From a virus: a stretch of DNA of 64,000 nt. Where the stretch lies: the IMG/VR virus record IMGVR_UViG_3300042114_000252; one strand, given 5' to 3'. A program made the position numbers and the translations under genes. Positions within the stretch are counted from its first letter, which is position 1. The number at the start of each line of letters is the position of its first letter. Positions 29,386 through 39,087 of this stretch are shown in pieces. The notes under the pieces were generated by a model, which saw only the letters and a program-made list of their open reading frames with translations, had not been told where the DNA came from and searched no databases.

Positions 29386-29943
29386 CTATCTTTTATTTTT
29401 TTTTATTATTTTTTTTTCTTTGATAACCTTTGGGGATTTTATTATAGTATCATTATTATCTTCACTCTCTTGGATATTATTATTTATTTCTTCTTTAATT
29501 AAATACCTATTAGGACTTCTCCACACACCATCATAACCCATTATTAAACCATCTTTAGCTTCTACTTCCTCACTACCTCTATTAAAAGATATATCTCTAG
29601 CATCAACATTTATTTTAAAAACTTCACCTTTCCTCATTTTTGCATATTCACCAGCTCCACAACTTCCACATGGCGTATTTTTTATTGTTGGGGCAAAAAA
29701 ACTAAATCCATCAAAAGTTTTTGAAGATTTAATTGATTCTAAATTTTCAAAACTTGTCCCATGATATAACACAACAGTTCCATCAGGATTTTGTATGCCT
29801 CTAATCCTTGATTCCCATAATTCTCTTATAAACAATTGACCAGAAAAATATCTTCTATGAAAATCAGCTGTTTTTTCATCTAATGTTTTTATATGTTTAG
29901 GTTCATCTTCTATTTCTTCACTTTTGAAATTTATATCATTCAT
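29386..29943 (-). CDS. Putative ADP-ribosyltransferase-fold protein
   Basis: LYHGTS, GAGEYAK and SEEVE match the H-Y-E arrangement. Confidence 0.5.
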   Translation of the reverse strand: MNDINFKSEEIEDEPKHIKTLDEKTADFHRRYFSGQLFIRELWESRIRGIQNPDGTVVLYHGTSFENLESIKSSKTFDGFSFFAPTIKNTPCGSCGAGEYAKMRKGEVFKINVDARDISFNRGSEEVEAKDGLIMGYDGVWRSPNRYLIKEEINNNIQESEDNNDTIIKSPKVIKEKKIIKKNKR

Positions 29944-29947
29944 TTTT

Positions 29948-32161
29948 TTATTTACCTACCTTTTTTTTAGAGCCTTTATATTTTGTTTCAACTTTATTTT
30001 CTAAATCTTTTATATTATAATTTTTTATTTCACCTTTTTCAAATATTAACTTTAAATTATCTTCATTTATTATACTTGAATCATCTTGGATATCTTCTCT
30101 TTTCATAAATAAAAAATCATTTACAAATTGCATATCAACACTTGGATATTGACCACTAACTTCAAAAATAGCCCTATCAGAAAAAGATCTTACAAACATT
30201 ATATGATTACTTAATTTCTCTTTATTACTTAATATTTCTTCTTTATATTTTTTTTGTTTTTCTTCAAAATCAGATTCATTTTCATTAGGAGCATAAAATA
30301 ATTTACTTTTTTCTATTGAACTTTCTTTCTCTTTTTTATTTAATAATAATTTATCTATATCTTCTAAAAAAACATTAAAACCTTCTTCAAAAAAATAATT
30401 CTTTTTAAAAGAAGTTTTTCCAAACCCTAGTTCTTCATATTTTTTTGAAATAAAAGTAGTTTTATTGTTTGTATCAATAGAAGTAAAAATAGTAGGCATA
30501 TCATTATTTAATGAAAAAGATATTCTTAATTTATCCATATCTTCTAAATCTACAAAAGTATGTTTTGCCAAACTTGATTCTTTATTATTTGTAGGAAGAT
30601 TTGGAATTTGATTAGTTTTTTCATAAAAATCTCTTAATAATTTTTCAATTTGGGTTTTGCTTTTGTTTTCTTTTATTATATTTTTTAAATAATTTATTAA
30701 AACATGTTCAAAACTTTTATCTTTATTTTCTTTTATAAATAACTTATATTCTTCTGTCTTTTGTATTTTAGATATAAGAATATTTACATTTTCATCTTCT
30801 AAATCATCTTTTATTCCAAAATAAGAAACACTATCTATACAATGAAAACCTTTATTATATTTTACATTTTTTTCTATTTGTTTCATTTCCTTTAATACAT
30901 CATTATTTTCAAAACCAAATAATACAGGCAAAATAAAAGAACTTCTATACTTTATCACTCCTTCTAATCTAAGTGCTGCATTTACACTAAAAGCATTATT
31001 TAATGTTTCAGCATCTAAATATTTATAATACATTAAAATATTTTCTTCAGTTAATTCATCTTCTATTACTAAATATTCATTTTCTATATCAAAAACTACA
31101 TTTAACCCATTAGAAGATACACTTTTTCCAGCTAACTCTTCATCTATTTCTTCAACAAGCTTAATTTTTGTTTTTCCATATTTTTTTAACATTGATTCTA
31201 AAGTTTCTTTTGTTAAATTAGTTTCTTGCTTATCTATTATTTTTCCATTTAGTTTTCTTTGTAAAACATTATTTTCTTCAAAAAATCTTTTATTTGTTTT
31301 TTGCCATTGATTACTAACTAATATTTCATAGACATTTTCATCTTCATTTTCATCTTTTGTTTTATTATTTTCTAAACTAGATTTATTATCTTTATCTTTT
31401 TTTAAATATTTATTTACAAGACCTTCTATCTCTTTTTTTATTTCTAATATAACTTTTTTATCATTAACCAAAAAATTTTCTTTATTTTTTATTAAAACTT
31501 TTTCTAATTCATCTAAAGCTTTACCATAATATTTCATTTGTATTTTAGATTCAAAAAGAAGTAAAGCTTCTTCAATAGAAGATTCTATTTCAAAACTAAA
31601 ATTAGACATCACAGTCACACCTACTTTTCTCAATAATTCTATTCTTTTTTCAACAATATATTGACGAGAAAAAGTTCCTATAGGACTGTTTTTTTTACTT
31701 TCTTCTATTTTTCCTTCTTTATATTCAAGCATCCTTCTTAAAGCATATCCTTCTTCTTGTTTTAATAATTCTTTTTTAAAATCTACTAAAGCATTATCAG
31801 TTGATTCTTCATCTATCATTTTTTGTGTTAAAATTGTTTCTTTTTCATTATCAAAACTTATTCTTTCAACAGCATATATATATTTTAATGTATTATTGAT
31901 GTGTTTTGTAAAATTTTCATTAAATATTTTTAAATAATCTACTTCTTGTGTTTTCAAAAAAGAAACAAATTCATTCTTTAAAAACATAACTTCTGGAACT
32001 TTTGAATCCATTATTTTATTTATTTCATTTACAATGTTTGAAATCTTAATCAAATTCTCAAACATATATTCAGAAGTTGGTGTTTTAAAAGCCCCTTCTA
32101 TAAACTTTTTAATATCCATATAATAATCTATTATTTTAATTCCATTTATTACTGTTTCCAT
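29948..32161 (-). CDS. Hypothetical protein
   Basis: ORF track, 737 aa. Confidence 0.85.
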   Translation of the reverse strand: METVINGIKIIDYYMDIKKFIEGAFKTPTSEYMFENLIKISNIVNEINKIMDSKVPEVMFLKNEFVSFLKTQEVDYLKIFNENFTKHINNTLKYIYAVERISFDNEKETILTQKMIDEESTDNALVDFKKELLKQEEGYALRRMLEYKEGKIEESKKNSPIGTFSRQYIVEKRIELLRKVGVTVMSNFSFEIESSIEEALLLFESKIQMKYYGKALDELEKVLIKNKENFLVNDKKVILEIKKEIEGLVNKYLKKDKDNKSSLENNKTKDENEDENVYEILVSNQWQKTNKRFFEENNVLQRKLNGKIIDKQETNLTKETLESMLKKYGKTKIKLVEEIDEELAGKSVSSNGLNVVFDIENEYLVIEDELTEENILMYYKYLDAETLNNAFSVNAALRLEGVIKYRSSFILPVLFGFENNDVLKEMKQIEKNVKYNKGFHCIDSVSYFGIKDDLEDENVNILISKIQKTEEYKLFIKENKDKSFEHVLINYLKNIIKENKSKTQIEKLLRDFYEKTNQIPNLPTNNKESSLAKHTFVDLEDMDKLRISFSLNNDMPTIFTSIDTNNKTTFISKKYEELGFGKTSFKKNYFFEEGFNVFLEDIDKLLLNKKEKESSIEKSKLFYAPNENESDFEEKQKKYKEEILSNKEKLSNHIMFVRSFSDRAIFEVSGQYPSVDMQFVNDFLFMKREDIQDDSSIINEDNLKLIFEKGEIKNYNIKDLENKVETKYKGSKKKVGK

Positions 32162-32165
32162 TATT

Positions 32166-33143
32166 TTATTTACCTAACCTTTTATTATTATTTTTTTTTG
32201 GGTTTTCTTCTTTTTTTAAAAAATCTTCTTTATTTATTAGAATTTGATTATCAAACTTTAACTTTCTTATATTCTCTATTAATTCTTGGAACAAATAAGA
32301 ACTAAAAAGTGGAGAATCTTTAATATCATATTTAGTAGTTTTTTCTAAATTTAATGTATCTTCATAACTTTCTATATCACCTACATTATAACGATAAGGA
32401 TCAACTCCGCTAGACACATCAATTATATAAAAACCTTTTTTTAACTTTATTCCATAAGCATATTTGTTATATCCTAATCCACTATTTGTTTCATAAATAT
32501 CTACAAAACTATAATCTTTTTCATAAATATCTTTATTATTTATTATTTCATCTTCATTATCTATTACTTTTATATTTTCTTCTTTTTCTTGATTCATAAA
32601 TCTATTAAAATCATTTAATAATTGTACTTCAGAAATTTTTAAGTTTCTGTTATCTTTAATACTTTCTAATAACTTGGTTACATTTGACATACTTTCTTGG
32701 ATTATTTTTTTATTTTCTTCATTATAGTGTTTATCTTCTATTAATTCTATTACACTTTCACTAAGCATTTTTGTTTTTTCACAAATTTCTACTCTTGTTT
32801 TTTCTTTTTCATATAATTCTTCATTTCTTTCTAACAAAGAACCACTTATTAATTTTAAATTTCTATCATAATAAAGATAAATTTTACCATCTTCCATTCT
32901 TTTAACAACAAAAGGATTATCATTAGCTAACCCTTGTTTCTTATTTCCATTATTATCTAAAATTAAAATCTTTACTTCTGTTTTTGAAACATCTTCTATT
33001 TTTGCCATATACATATAACCATAAGAACTATTACTTCTTGCTAAATAAACAATATCCCCAACATATAAACATTCTTCTTTAAATTTATTGTTTTCTTTAT
33101 CCCAACCCTTTAATATTACAAAATTATCTTTATTATTTGCCAT
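32166..33143 (-). CDS. Hypothetical protein
   Basis: ORF track, 325 aa. Confidence 0.8.
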   Translation of the reverse strand: MANNKDNFVILKGWDKENNKFKEECLYVGDIVYLARSNSSYGYMYMAKIEDVSKTEVKILILDNNGNKKQGLANDNPFVVKRMEDGKIYLYYDRNLKLISGSLLERNEELYEKEKTRVEICEKTKMLSESVIELIEDKHYNEENKKIIQESMSNVTKLLESIKDNRNLKISEVQLLNDFNRFMNQEKEENIKVIDNEDEIINNKDIYEKDYSFVDIYETNSGLGYNKYAYGIKLKKGFYIIDVSSGVDPYRYNVGDIESYEDTLNLEKTTKYDIKDSPLFSSYLFQELIENIRKLKFDNQILINKEDFLKKEENPKKNNNKRLGK

Positions 33144-33245
33144 TTTTAACCATTCCTTTTATATTTATTTTATTATAATATTATATATAATTTAATATAA
33201 ATAAATGCTTATTTTTTAATTTTTTCAATATATATATAAAAAAAA

Positions 33246-35399
33246 TTAAAAAATACTAGAAGCATATAATTTTTGCATTGAAAAATAATCTCCTTCATTA
33301 TTTTTTAATAAAAAACTAGAAAACAAACCTTTACAAGTAAAAGGATGCAATCCATTATATCTATTTTTAATTAATTCAAATTCTTTATCATCTAAATCAA
33401 AATAACTTTGAAATCTACTCAAATCACTTTCACACAATTTCATAATAATATAATTATTTACATTTTCTACTAAAATTCTTCCAAAATCAGAAAACTTTTC
33501 CTTTTCAATTCCAAACTTATTTTGGTTTTCAAAATCAGAAAAAGATTCAGAAATAATATAAACATATGAATTTGCCATTCTAGAAACTTTCAAAAAGTTT
33601 TCTAATATATGATTTGAACCAGTTATTAATCTTTTATTTTCTATAGCTTTTGAAAAAGAAACTTCATTAAACAAAACATTTGTTGTTTCTTTATTTTTAT
33701 TTAAAAGAAAATTATTTACCATAGATATTATAAAAGAAGAAATAGTTAATTCTTTTGAAATATCATCTAATAAATAAGTATCAAAATTAATTATAACCAT
33801 ATCTTTTTCAAAACTTATTTTTTCTTTATTTTTATTAAATAAATCACAATATTTTCCATTATCACAATATAACTTCAAATTATTTATTTCTTTTTCACAT
33901 TCAGGATATTTTTTTTCAAACAATTCAGTTATATTTTTTATATCTAAATAAACACCATATAAATCATAAGCTTCTTTAAAAATAAATCCTATTTTATTTG
34001 TAATTCCATAATAATAATTTCTATATTCAGAATCATTTTTATCATATATTCTATTAATCATCAATGAAAAAATAAAATCTCTTAAGAATGGATACATTTT
34101 ATCACTAAAAAAAATCTTTTCATAATTTTCTTCACTAGAACTTTTAATTGCTTCAACATTAGCAAACATTCCTAAAGGATTTATATTAAAATTTAATGTT
34201 CCATCTTTATTTACAACATTAATAATTTGAGCATCACATAATTCAGCAAACTTATTAAGCTCACCATTTCTTGCAAAAACAATAACTTGTTCACCTTTTG
34301 AATATTTTTCTAAAGCTATTGTTTTTTTTAATGTTGTTAATCCACATCCTCCACATCCAACAATTAAACAATGATTGTTATCATAAACATCACCTAATTT
34401 CAATTCACTTATTTTATGTTCATTTAACAATAATAGATTTTCTTGTTTTTTATTATTATTTGTATCAAATATAAAATCAGAAAATTGCAATATTTGTCTT
34501 GTAGACAACAAATTCTTTTTATTTTTCATTCTTTTCTCATATTCTTCTATATTAAAACCAATAGGTAATCTTGACACCATTTCTTTACTAGAAACATTTT
34601 CTTTTATATGTTTAATATCACTAGAAATAAAACTACTTCTAACAAAACCTTTTCCATTACTAATATTACTAGTTGTAAATAAATTAAATTCTACATCATA
34701 CAATTGACGAAAATTATTTTCACTTTTTATTAATGTATTTAAAAAAGAATCTTTATCCTTGTCAAAAAAAGAAAAAAAATTACTTATTTTTTCTTTTTCT
34801 TTTTTAATCCATAATTCTTTTATTGTTTTTTGTTTAAATGTAAAACATAATAAAAAATCATCATCTAAATATTTTTTTATAGCCTTATTAAAATCTATAT
34901 TTTTTATTTTTTCATCATCTTCAGTTAAATCAAATTCTATATGATTCCAAGTTTTACTTAACACATAATCTACATTTTCTAAACCTTTATCATAATTAAT
35001 TATATTATCTAAAACATATTCTTTATTTTCATAATCTTTAATTAAAAAATTAATTTTTTCTACATCTTCTTCATATTCAGTTGTTATTGTTAAGAAAACT
35101 TTGACATAAAATGGATCAGCATTTTCTTTAAATTCTATAGACATATTTTTTATAACTTCATTTATTTTTTCATTCTTTTTATTATGGTTTAAATTAAATA
35201 AATCCAATTCTTCACTTATTTCTTTTGTTGCTGAATAATATATTTGGATATAAGATGAGTTTGGAATATTTTTAATTAGATGTTCTAAAATATCATTATG
35301 AAATCTATTATTTATACATTTATCTATTTCACAAATAACACAATATTTATTAACTCCCTTACTTGAATCTATTTTTACTATTCTTTTTTTTAATAACAT
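33246..35399 (-). CDS. TraC/VirB4-like ATPase with degenerate Walker motifs
   Basis: NNHCLIVGCGGCGLT, NINPL and VLFNEV, then ..VSRMANSYVYIISESFSDF; layout typical of F-type TraC. Confidence 0.7.
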   Translation of the reverse strand: MLLKKRIVKIDSSKGVNKYCVICEIDKCINNRFHNDILEHLIKNIPNSSYIQIYYSATKEISEELDLFNLNHNKKNEKINEVIKNMSIEFKENADPFYVKVFLTITTEYEEDVEKINFLIKDYENKEYVLDNIINYDKGLENVDYVLSKTWNHIEFDLTEDDEKIKNIDFNKAIKKYLDDDFLLCFTFKQKTIKELWIKKEKEKISNFFSFFDKDKDSFLNTLIKSENNFRQLYDVEFNLFTTSNISNGKGFVRSSFISSDIKHIKENVSSKEMVSRLPIGFNIEEYEKRMKNKKNLLSTRQILQFSDFIFDTNNNKKQENLLLLNEHKISELKLGDVYDNNHCLIVGCGGCGLTTLKKTIALEKYSKGEQVIVFARNGELNKFAELCDAQIINVVNKDGTLNFNINPLGMFANVEAIKSSSEENYEKIFFSDKMYPFLRDFIFSLMINRIYDKNDSEYRNYYYGITNKIGFIFKEAYDLYGVYLDIKNITELFEKKYPECEKEINNLKLYCDNGKYCDLFNKNKEKISFEKDMVIINFDTYLLDDISKELTISSFIISMVNNFLLNKNKETTNVLFNEVSFSKAIENKRLITGSNHILENFLKVSRMANSYVYIISESFSDFENQNKFGIEKEKFSDFGRILVENVNNYIIMKLCESDLSRFQSYFDLDDKEFELIKNRYNGLHPFTCKGLFSSFLLKNNEGDYFSMQKLYASSIF

Positions 35400-35525
35400 T
35401 TTTTTACTCCAAAGTGTTTTTATTCTTTTTATACATTATATAAATAACTTTTTTTAATTAAAAAAATATGCTATAATATTATTATTAGACACCTTAAACA
35501 AAAGAAAGGAAGAACAAATTATAAA

Positions 35526-35951
35526 ATGAAAAACTTAGGAAAATGTCCATATTGTGATGATGGAACTATAGAAGTTAAAGAAATTAAATACTCAGATCAA
35601 TCAAAAGGTAAAATATTTAAATGTTCTAATATTAAATATGACTATGATGAATCTGTAACCATTACATTAGATAGTAAGTGTAGATATCAAATATTCTCTA
35701 ATTGTTTAAGCAGATATAATAAAAAGCATTTAGGAGAAAATGAAGTTAAAAGAATGCTACAAGACGGAGATGTTGAAGTTATTTTACATAGTAGAAAAGG
35801 ATTTATTGATTTTGAAGAATTGAATAAACAAAAAGCTAACATTGATTTTTCTAATTCAAATAAAAAAAATAATAAAGTAAAAAAGATACACAAAGAATAT
35901 ACTAAAAAAATTATACCAAATTTAGAATATGGTATAGAAATACTATTTTAA
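35526..35951 (+). CDS. Stand-alone topoisomerase C-terminal repeat / zinc-ribbon protein
   Basis: LGKCPYC...FKCSN...CRYQIF...KHLGENEVKRML. Confidence 0.7.
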   Translation: MKNLGKCPYCDDGTIEVKEIKYSDQSKGKIFKCSNIKYDYDESVTITLDSKCRYQIFSNCLSRYNKKHLGENEVKRMLQDGDVEVILHSRKGFIDFEELNKQKANIDFSNSNKKNNKVKKIHKEYTKKIIPNLEYGIEILF

Positions 35952-36419
35952 TTTTTCTTTTATATTTTCTATTTTTTCTTCTACTTTTCTTTTTTGATTT
36001 TCTTTATCTATTTCAACAAGAAAATTAGCCAATTGTGAAAATTCTTTGTTTGTAATTTTATTATCAGTACTATATTCTTTATATTTTTCAAAATAAACAT
36101 CTATGTTTTTATCATGTATAAGATAATAATCATCAATTTTCAATTTATTTATTTTTGTATTTATTTCAAAATAACCAAAATTTCTTATTCCTTTTTGATA
36201 CTTAAATGCAGCATCTATATCATATAATTTTTCATAATCTTTAAGACTTATTTCTTCGTTTCTTCTATTTTCAAAAACTATATTTATTATAGTTAATATT
36301 AGAATAACCAAAAAAAAGAAAATAAATAATTTTTTTTTATTTTTTATTTTTTTATATATTTCATTTAACATAAACAACCCCCTATTATTTTTTTTATAAA
36401 TTGTATTTCTAAAAATCAA
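35943..36419 (-). CDS. Single-TM hypothetical protein
   Basis: ORF track, 158 aa. Confidence 0.7.
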   Translation of the reverse strand: MIFRNTIYKKNNRGLFMLNEIYKKIKNKKKLFIFFFLVILILTIINIVFENRRNEEISLKDYEKLYDIDAAFKYQKGIRNFGYFEINTKINKLKIDDYYLIHDKNIDVYFEKYKEYSTDNKITNKEFSQLANFLVEIDKENQKRKVEEKIENIKEKLK

Positions 36420-36457
36420 TTTTTAAATTATAATATAAAATAATAAAATATAAATAT

Positions 36458-37882
36458 TTATTTTATTAAATCATATATATGTTTAGCTATTTCTTTTGCC
36501 AATAGAGGAGGAACAGCATTTCCAACTTGTGTGTATTGTGGAACTTCAAACCTTCTATTTTTTCCACCTGTTGTTTCCTTCGATCTAAATTCAAAAATAT
36601 CAGGAAAAGATTGAAATCTTGCTTGTTCTCTAACAGACATTGTTCTAGGATATATTGGATGAATAACATCATCAGGAATGCTAACTACTGTAGGGGAAGG
36701 TAAATCTAATTCTAAAGCCTTTTGAGAATTCTTCTTTGTTGCTAAACTTAAAATTAAATTAAACAATTCTAATTTATCTTTAGCTAAAAGAAAACCATCA
36801 GGAGAGTAAGCCGGATATTCACAATTATTAATATATATCAACATAATTTTATTATATAATTCTAAATCATTTTGTTCATTGTATTTTGCAGCTAAATTTA
36901 ATAACTTTGATGACACTTTATTATTTGCTAAATATTGATATAACCTAAATCTTGTTTTTACTTTTTCAGAATGTTCTCTTAAATTATTATTTAATAATTT
37001 ATTTTTTGTTTGTTTTGTTTTTATAACCCTACCAAACAAACTTACATCATTTAGTTTTTCTATATATAAATTACTTTTTAAATCTTTTTTATCTTTTTCT
37101 TCAAAAAAATCTCCAATAGCATCTTTTACACAATAAAAATCATTTTCATTTTTTATAGTTGGTTTTGGACAAAAAATAGATCCAATATCTTCATTGAAAA
37201 AATAACTAGAATTCCATATTTTATCATTAGGAACAATATTTTTTTCAATAGCAATATCTTCTCTTATAGCAAGTAAAAAAAGCCTTTTTCTATTTTGTGG
37301 GACTCCATAATGTATAGCATTTAGTTCTAATGCTTGCACTTTATATTTTGTTTTGTTTAAATCTTCATCATTATATTTAAAACCTTCTTCTAATACTTTT
37401 TTTATTTTCAAAAACACAGAATCTTCATCATTTTCAGAAAAAGTGCTTTTCATCCCTAATACATTTTCCATTAAAACAGCTTTAGGTTTAAATATTGATA
37501 CAAACTCTAAAAATTGCCAAGGTAATTCGTTTCTATGATCTTTTGGATTTCTTTTTCCTGCCAAAGAAAAACCTTGACAAGGTGGACCACCAACTATTAA
37601 ATCTATATTTCCAATACTTTCTTTTATTTTTTTTAATAATTCATTATTTTCTAATAAAGATATAGTTTCTCCTATATATAATCCACTTTTAAGTTTTTCT
37701 TCATCACTTTGTTTTAAATAATTTTCCCAATCTTCTTTTTTCTCTATATTTTTAATTAAATTATGATAAAATGTTTCACCTGCCATTTTTGATTTTTCAA
37801 TAGCAAAAGCTAATTCAAAACCAACAGATTCAAAACCTAATGACAATCCACCACATCCTGCAAATAAATCTATATATTTCAT
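36458..37882 (-). CDS. dcm: DNA (cytosine-5)-methyltransferase, orphan
   Basis: Motifs FAGCGG, GGPPCQGFS, ENV, QNRKR and QVGNAVPP. Confidence 0.95.
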   Translation of the reverse strand: MKYIDLFAGCGGLSLGFESVGFELAFAIEKSKMAGETFYHNLIKNIEKKEDWENYLKQSDEEKLKSGLYIGETISLLENNELLKKIKESIGNIDLIVGGPPCQGFSLAGKRNPKDHRNELPWQFLEFVSIFKPKAVLMENVLGMKSTFSENDEDSVFLKIKKVLEEGFKYNDEDLNKTKYKVQALELNAIHYGVPQNRKRLFLLAIREDIAIEKNIVPNDKIWNSSYFFNEDIGSIFCPKPTIKNENDFYCVKDAIGDFFEEKDKKDLKSNLYIEKLNDVSLFGRVIKTKQTKNKLLNNNLREHSEKVKTRFRLYQYLANNKVSSKLLNLAAKYNEQNDLELYNKIMLIYINNCEYPAYSPDGFLLAKDKLELFNLILSLATKKNSQKALELDLPSPTVVSIPDDVIHPIYPRTMSVREQARFQSFPDIFEFRSKETTGGKNRRFEVPQYTQVGNAVPPLLAKEIAKHIYDLIK

Positions 37883-37911
37883 TATTTTCTTCTTCTATAT
37901 ATTTATATATA

Positions 37912-38283
37912 TTAAAAATGTTCTTCAACATCATTATAATAATTATCTTCTTCAATAGCCCATTCCATTGAAAGAGCAAAAGAATTTATAGCACTTTCAA
38001 TATTTATTTTTTTTACAACATTAGTTATCTTTTTTTCAGAAATAGCTCTAAAATCATCACCAATACCTTCTACTTCACCATATTCTTTTGAAAAATGTTT
38101 CACCTTATAATAAAAATCAGGTTCATACCCTTTTAACCATACATATCCTTCATTTTCTTTTGGAATAACAGTTTCTATTTCATTCACTTCATAAATATCT
38201 ATTTTTCTATTTAATACTTTTATTGTTTTTATAAATATTTTACCTAATTCTTTCATTGGATTAAATATATTTTTATTTTTCAT
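37912..38283 (-). CDS. Hypothetical protein
   Basis: ORF track, 123 aa. Confidence 0.65.
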   Translation of the reverse strand: MKNKNIFNPMKELGKIFIKTIKVLNRKIDIYEVNEIETVIPKENEGYVWLKGYEPDFYYKVKHFSKEYGEVEGIGDDFRAISEKKITNVVKKINIESAINSFALSMEWAIEEDNYYNDVEEHF

Positions 38284-38795
38284 AGCTTTATTTTTCCCTT
38301 CATTTTTAAAACATTTTTTAAATACAACTTAATTATATATGATTTTTACTTAAAACACACTTAATCAATAACATACAAAAAAAATATTTTTTGTTGTTTT
38401 GAAAAAAAATTATTATCTAAATCTAATTTTTCTATTGTTATCAACATTATTCTGGCTTAAATATTATCTTGCTATTATAATATTTAAAACCATTCAAAAA
38501 CCCTATACCATAGATGTTTAAATATTATAAAGGTTTTTAATTTTTATTATATATAAAAACAAAATATGTAACTAGAAGTCCTATTGTGTAGTGTTTATAT
38601 TATAGCTACTTTTATATTATAGCAACAAAGCCAGAATAATTCTTCCAAATTTTCTTTACCATCTTTTTTTTATTTTTTTTAAATACATTATATAAAAATA
38701 AAATCTTTTTTTATTTTTCTTTATTTTTTAGTATAATAATTTTAATTCATTTTACAAAAAAACTACACATACATAAAAAAAAGGAAAAACAAACA

Positions 38796-39074
38796 ATGCC
38801 AACAACAAAAGAAAATAAAACAATAAAACAATATACATTCAAAGAAATAACTATTTTAATTAATAGTTTAAAAAACTTTCTACCAATGCTAGAAGAAGAA
38901 GCAAAAAAAGAAAATGCTAGCTCAATAGAAATCAAACAAGCAAAAGAACAAATATATAGTTTAATTGCTGATTTAAGTAAAATGACAGAAACATATATTG
39001 ATCATGAAAAAGGGCAAATAGCTTTAGAAGTTTTAGACATTGCTAAAAAATGGATCTCATATAAAAGAAAATAA
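38796..39074 (+). CDS. Hypothetical protein
   Basis: ORF track, 92 aa; RBS AAGGA. Confidence 0.7.
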   Translation: MPTTKENKTIKQYTFKEITILINSLKNFLPMLEEEAKKENASSIEIKQAKEQIYSLIADLSKMTETYIDHEKGQIALEVLDIAKKWISYKRK

Positions 39075-39087
39075 AACTTGCTTTAAA

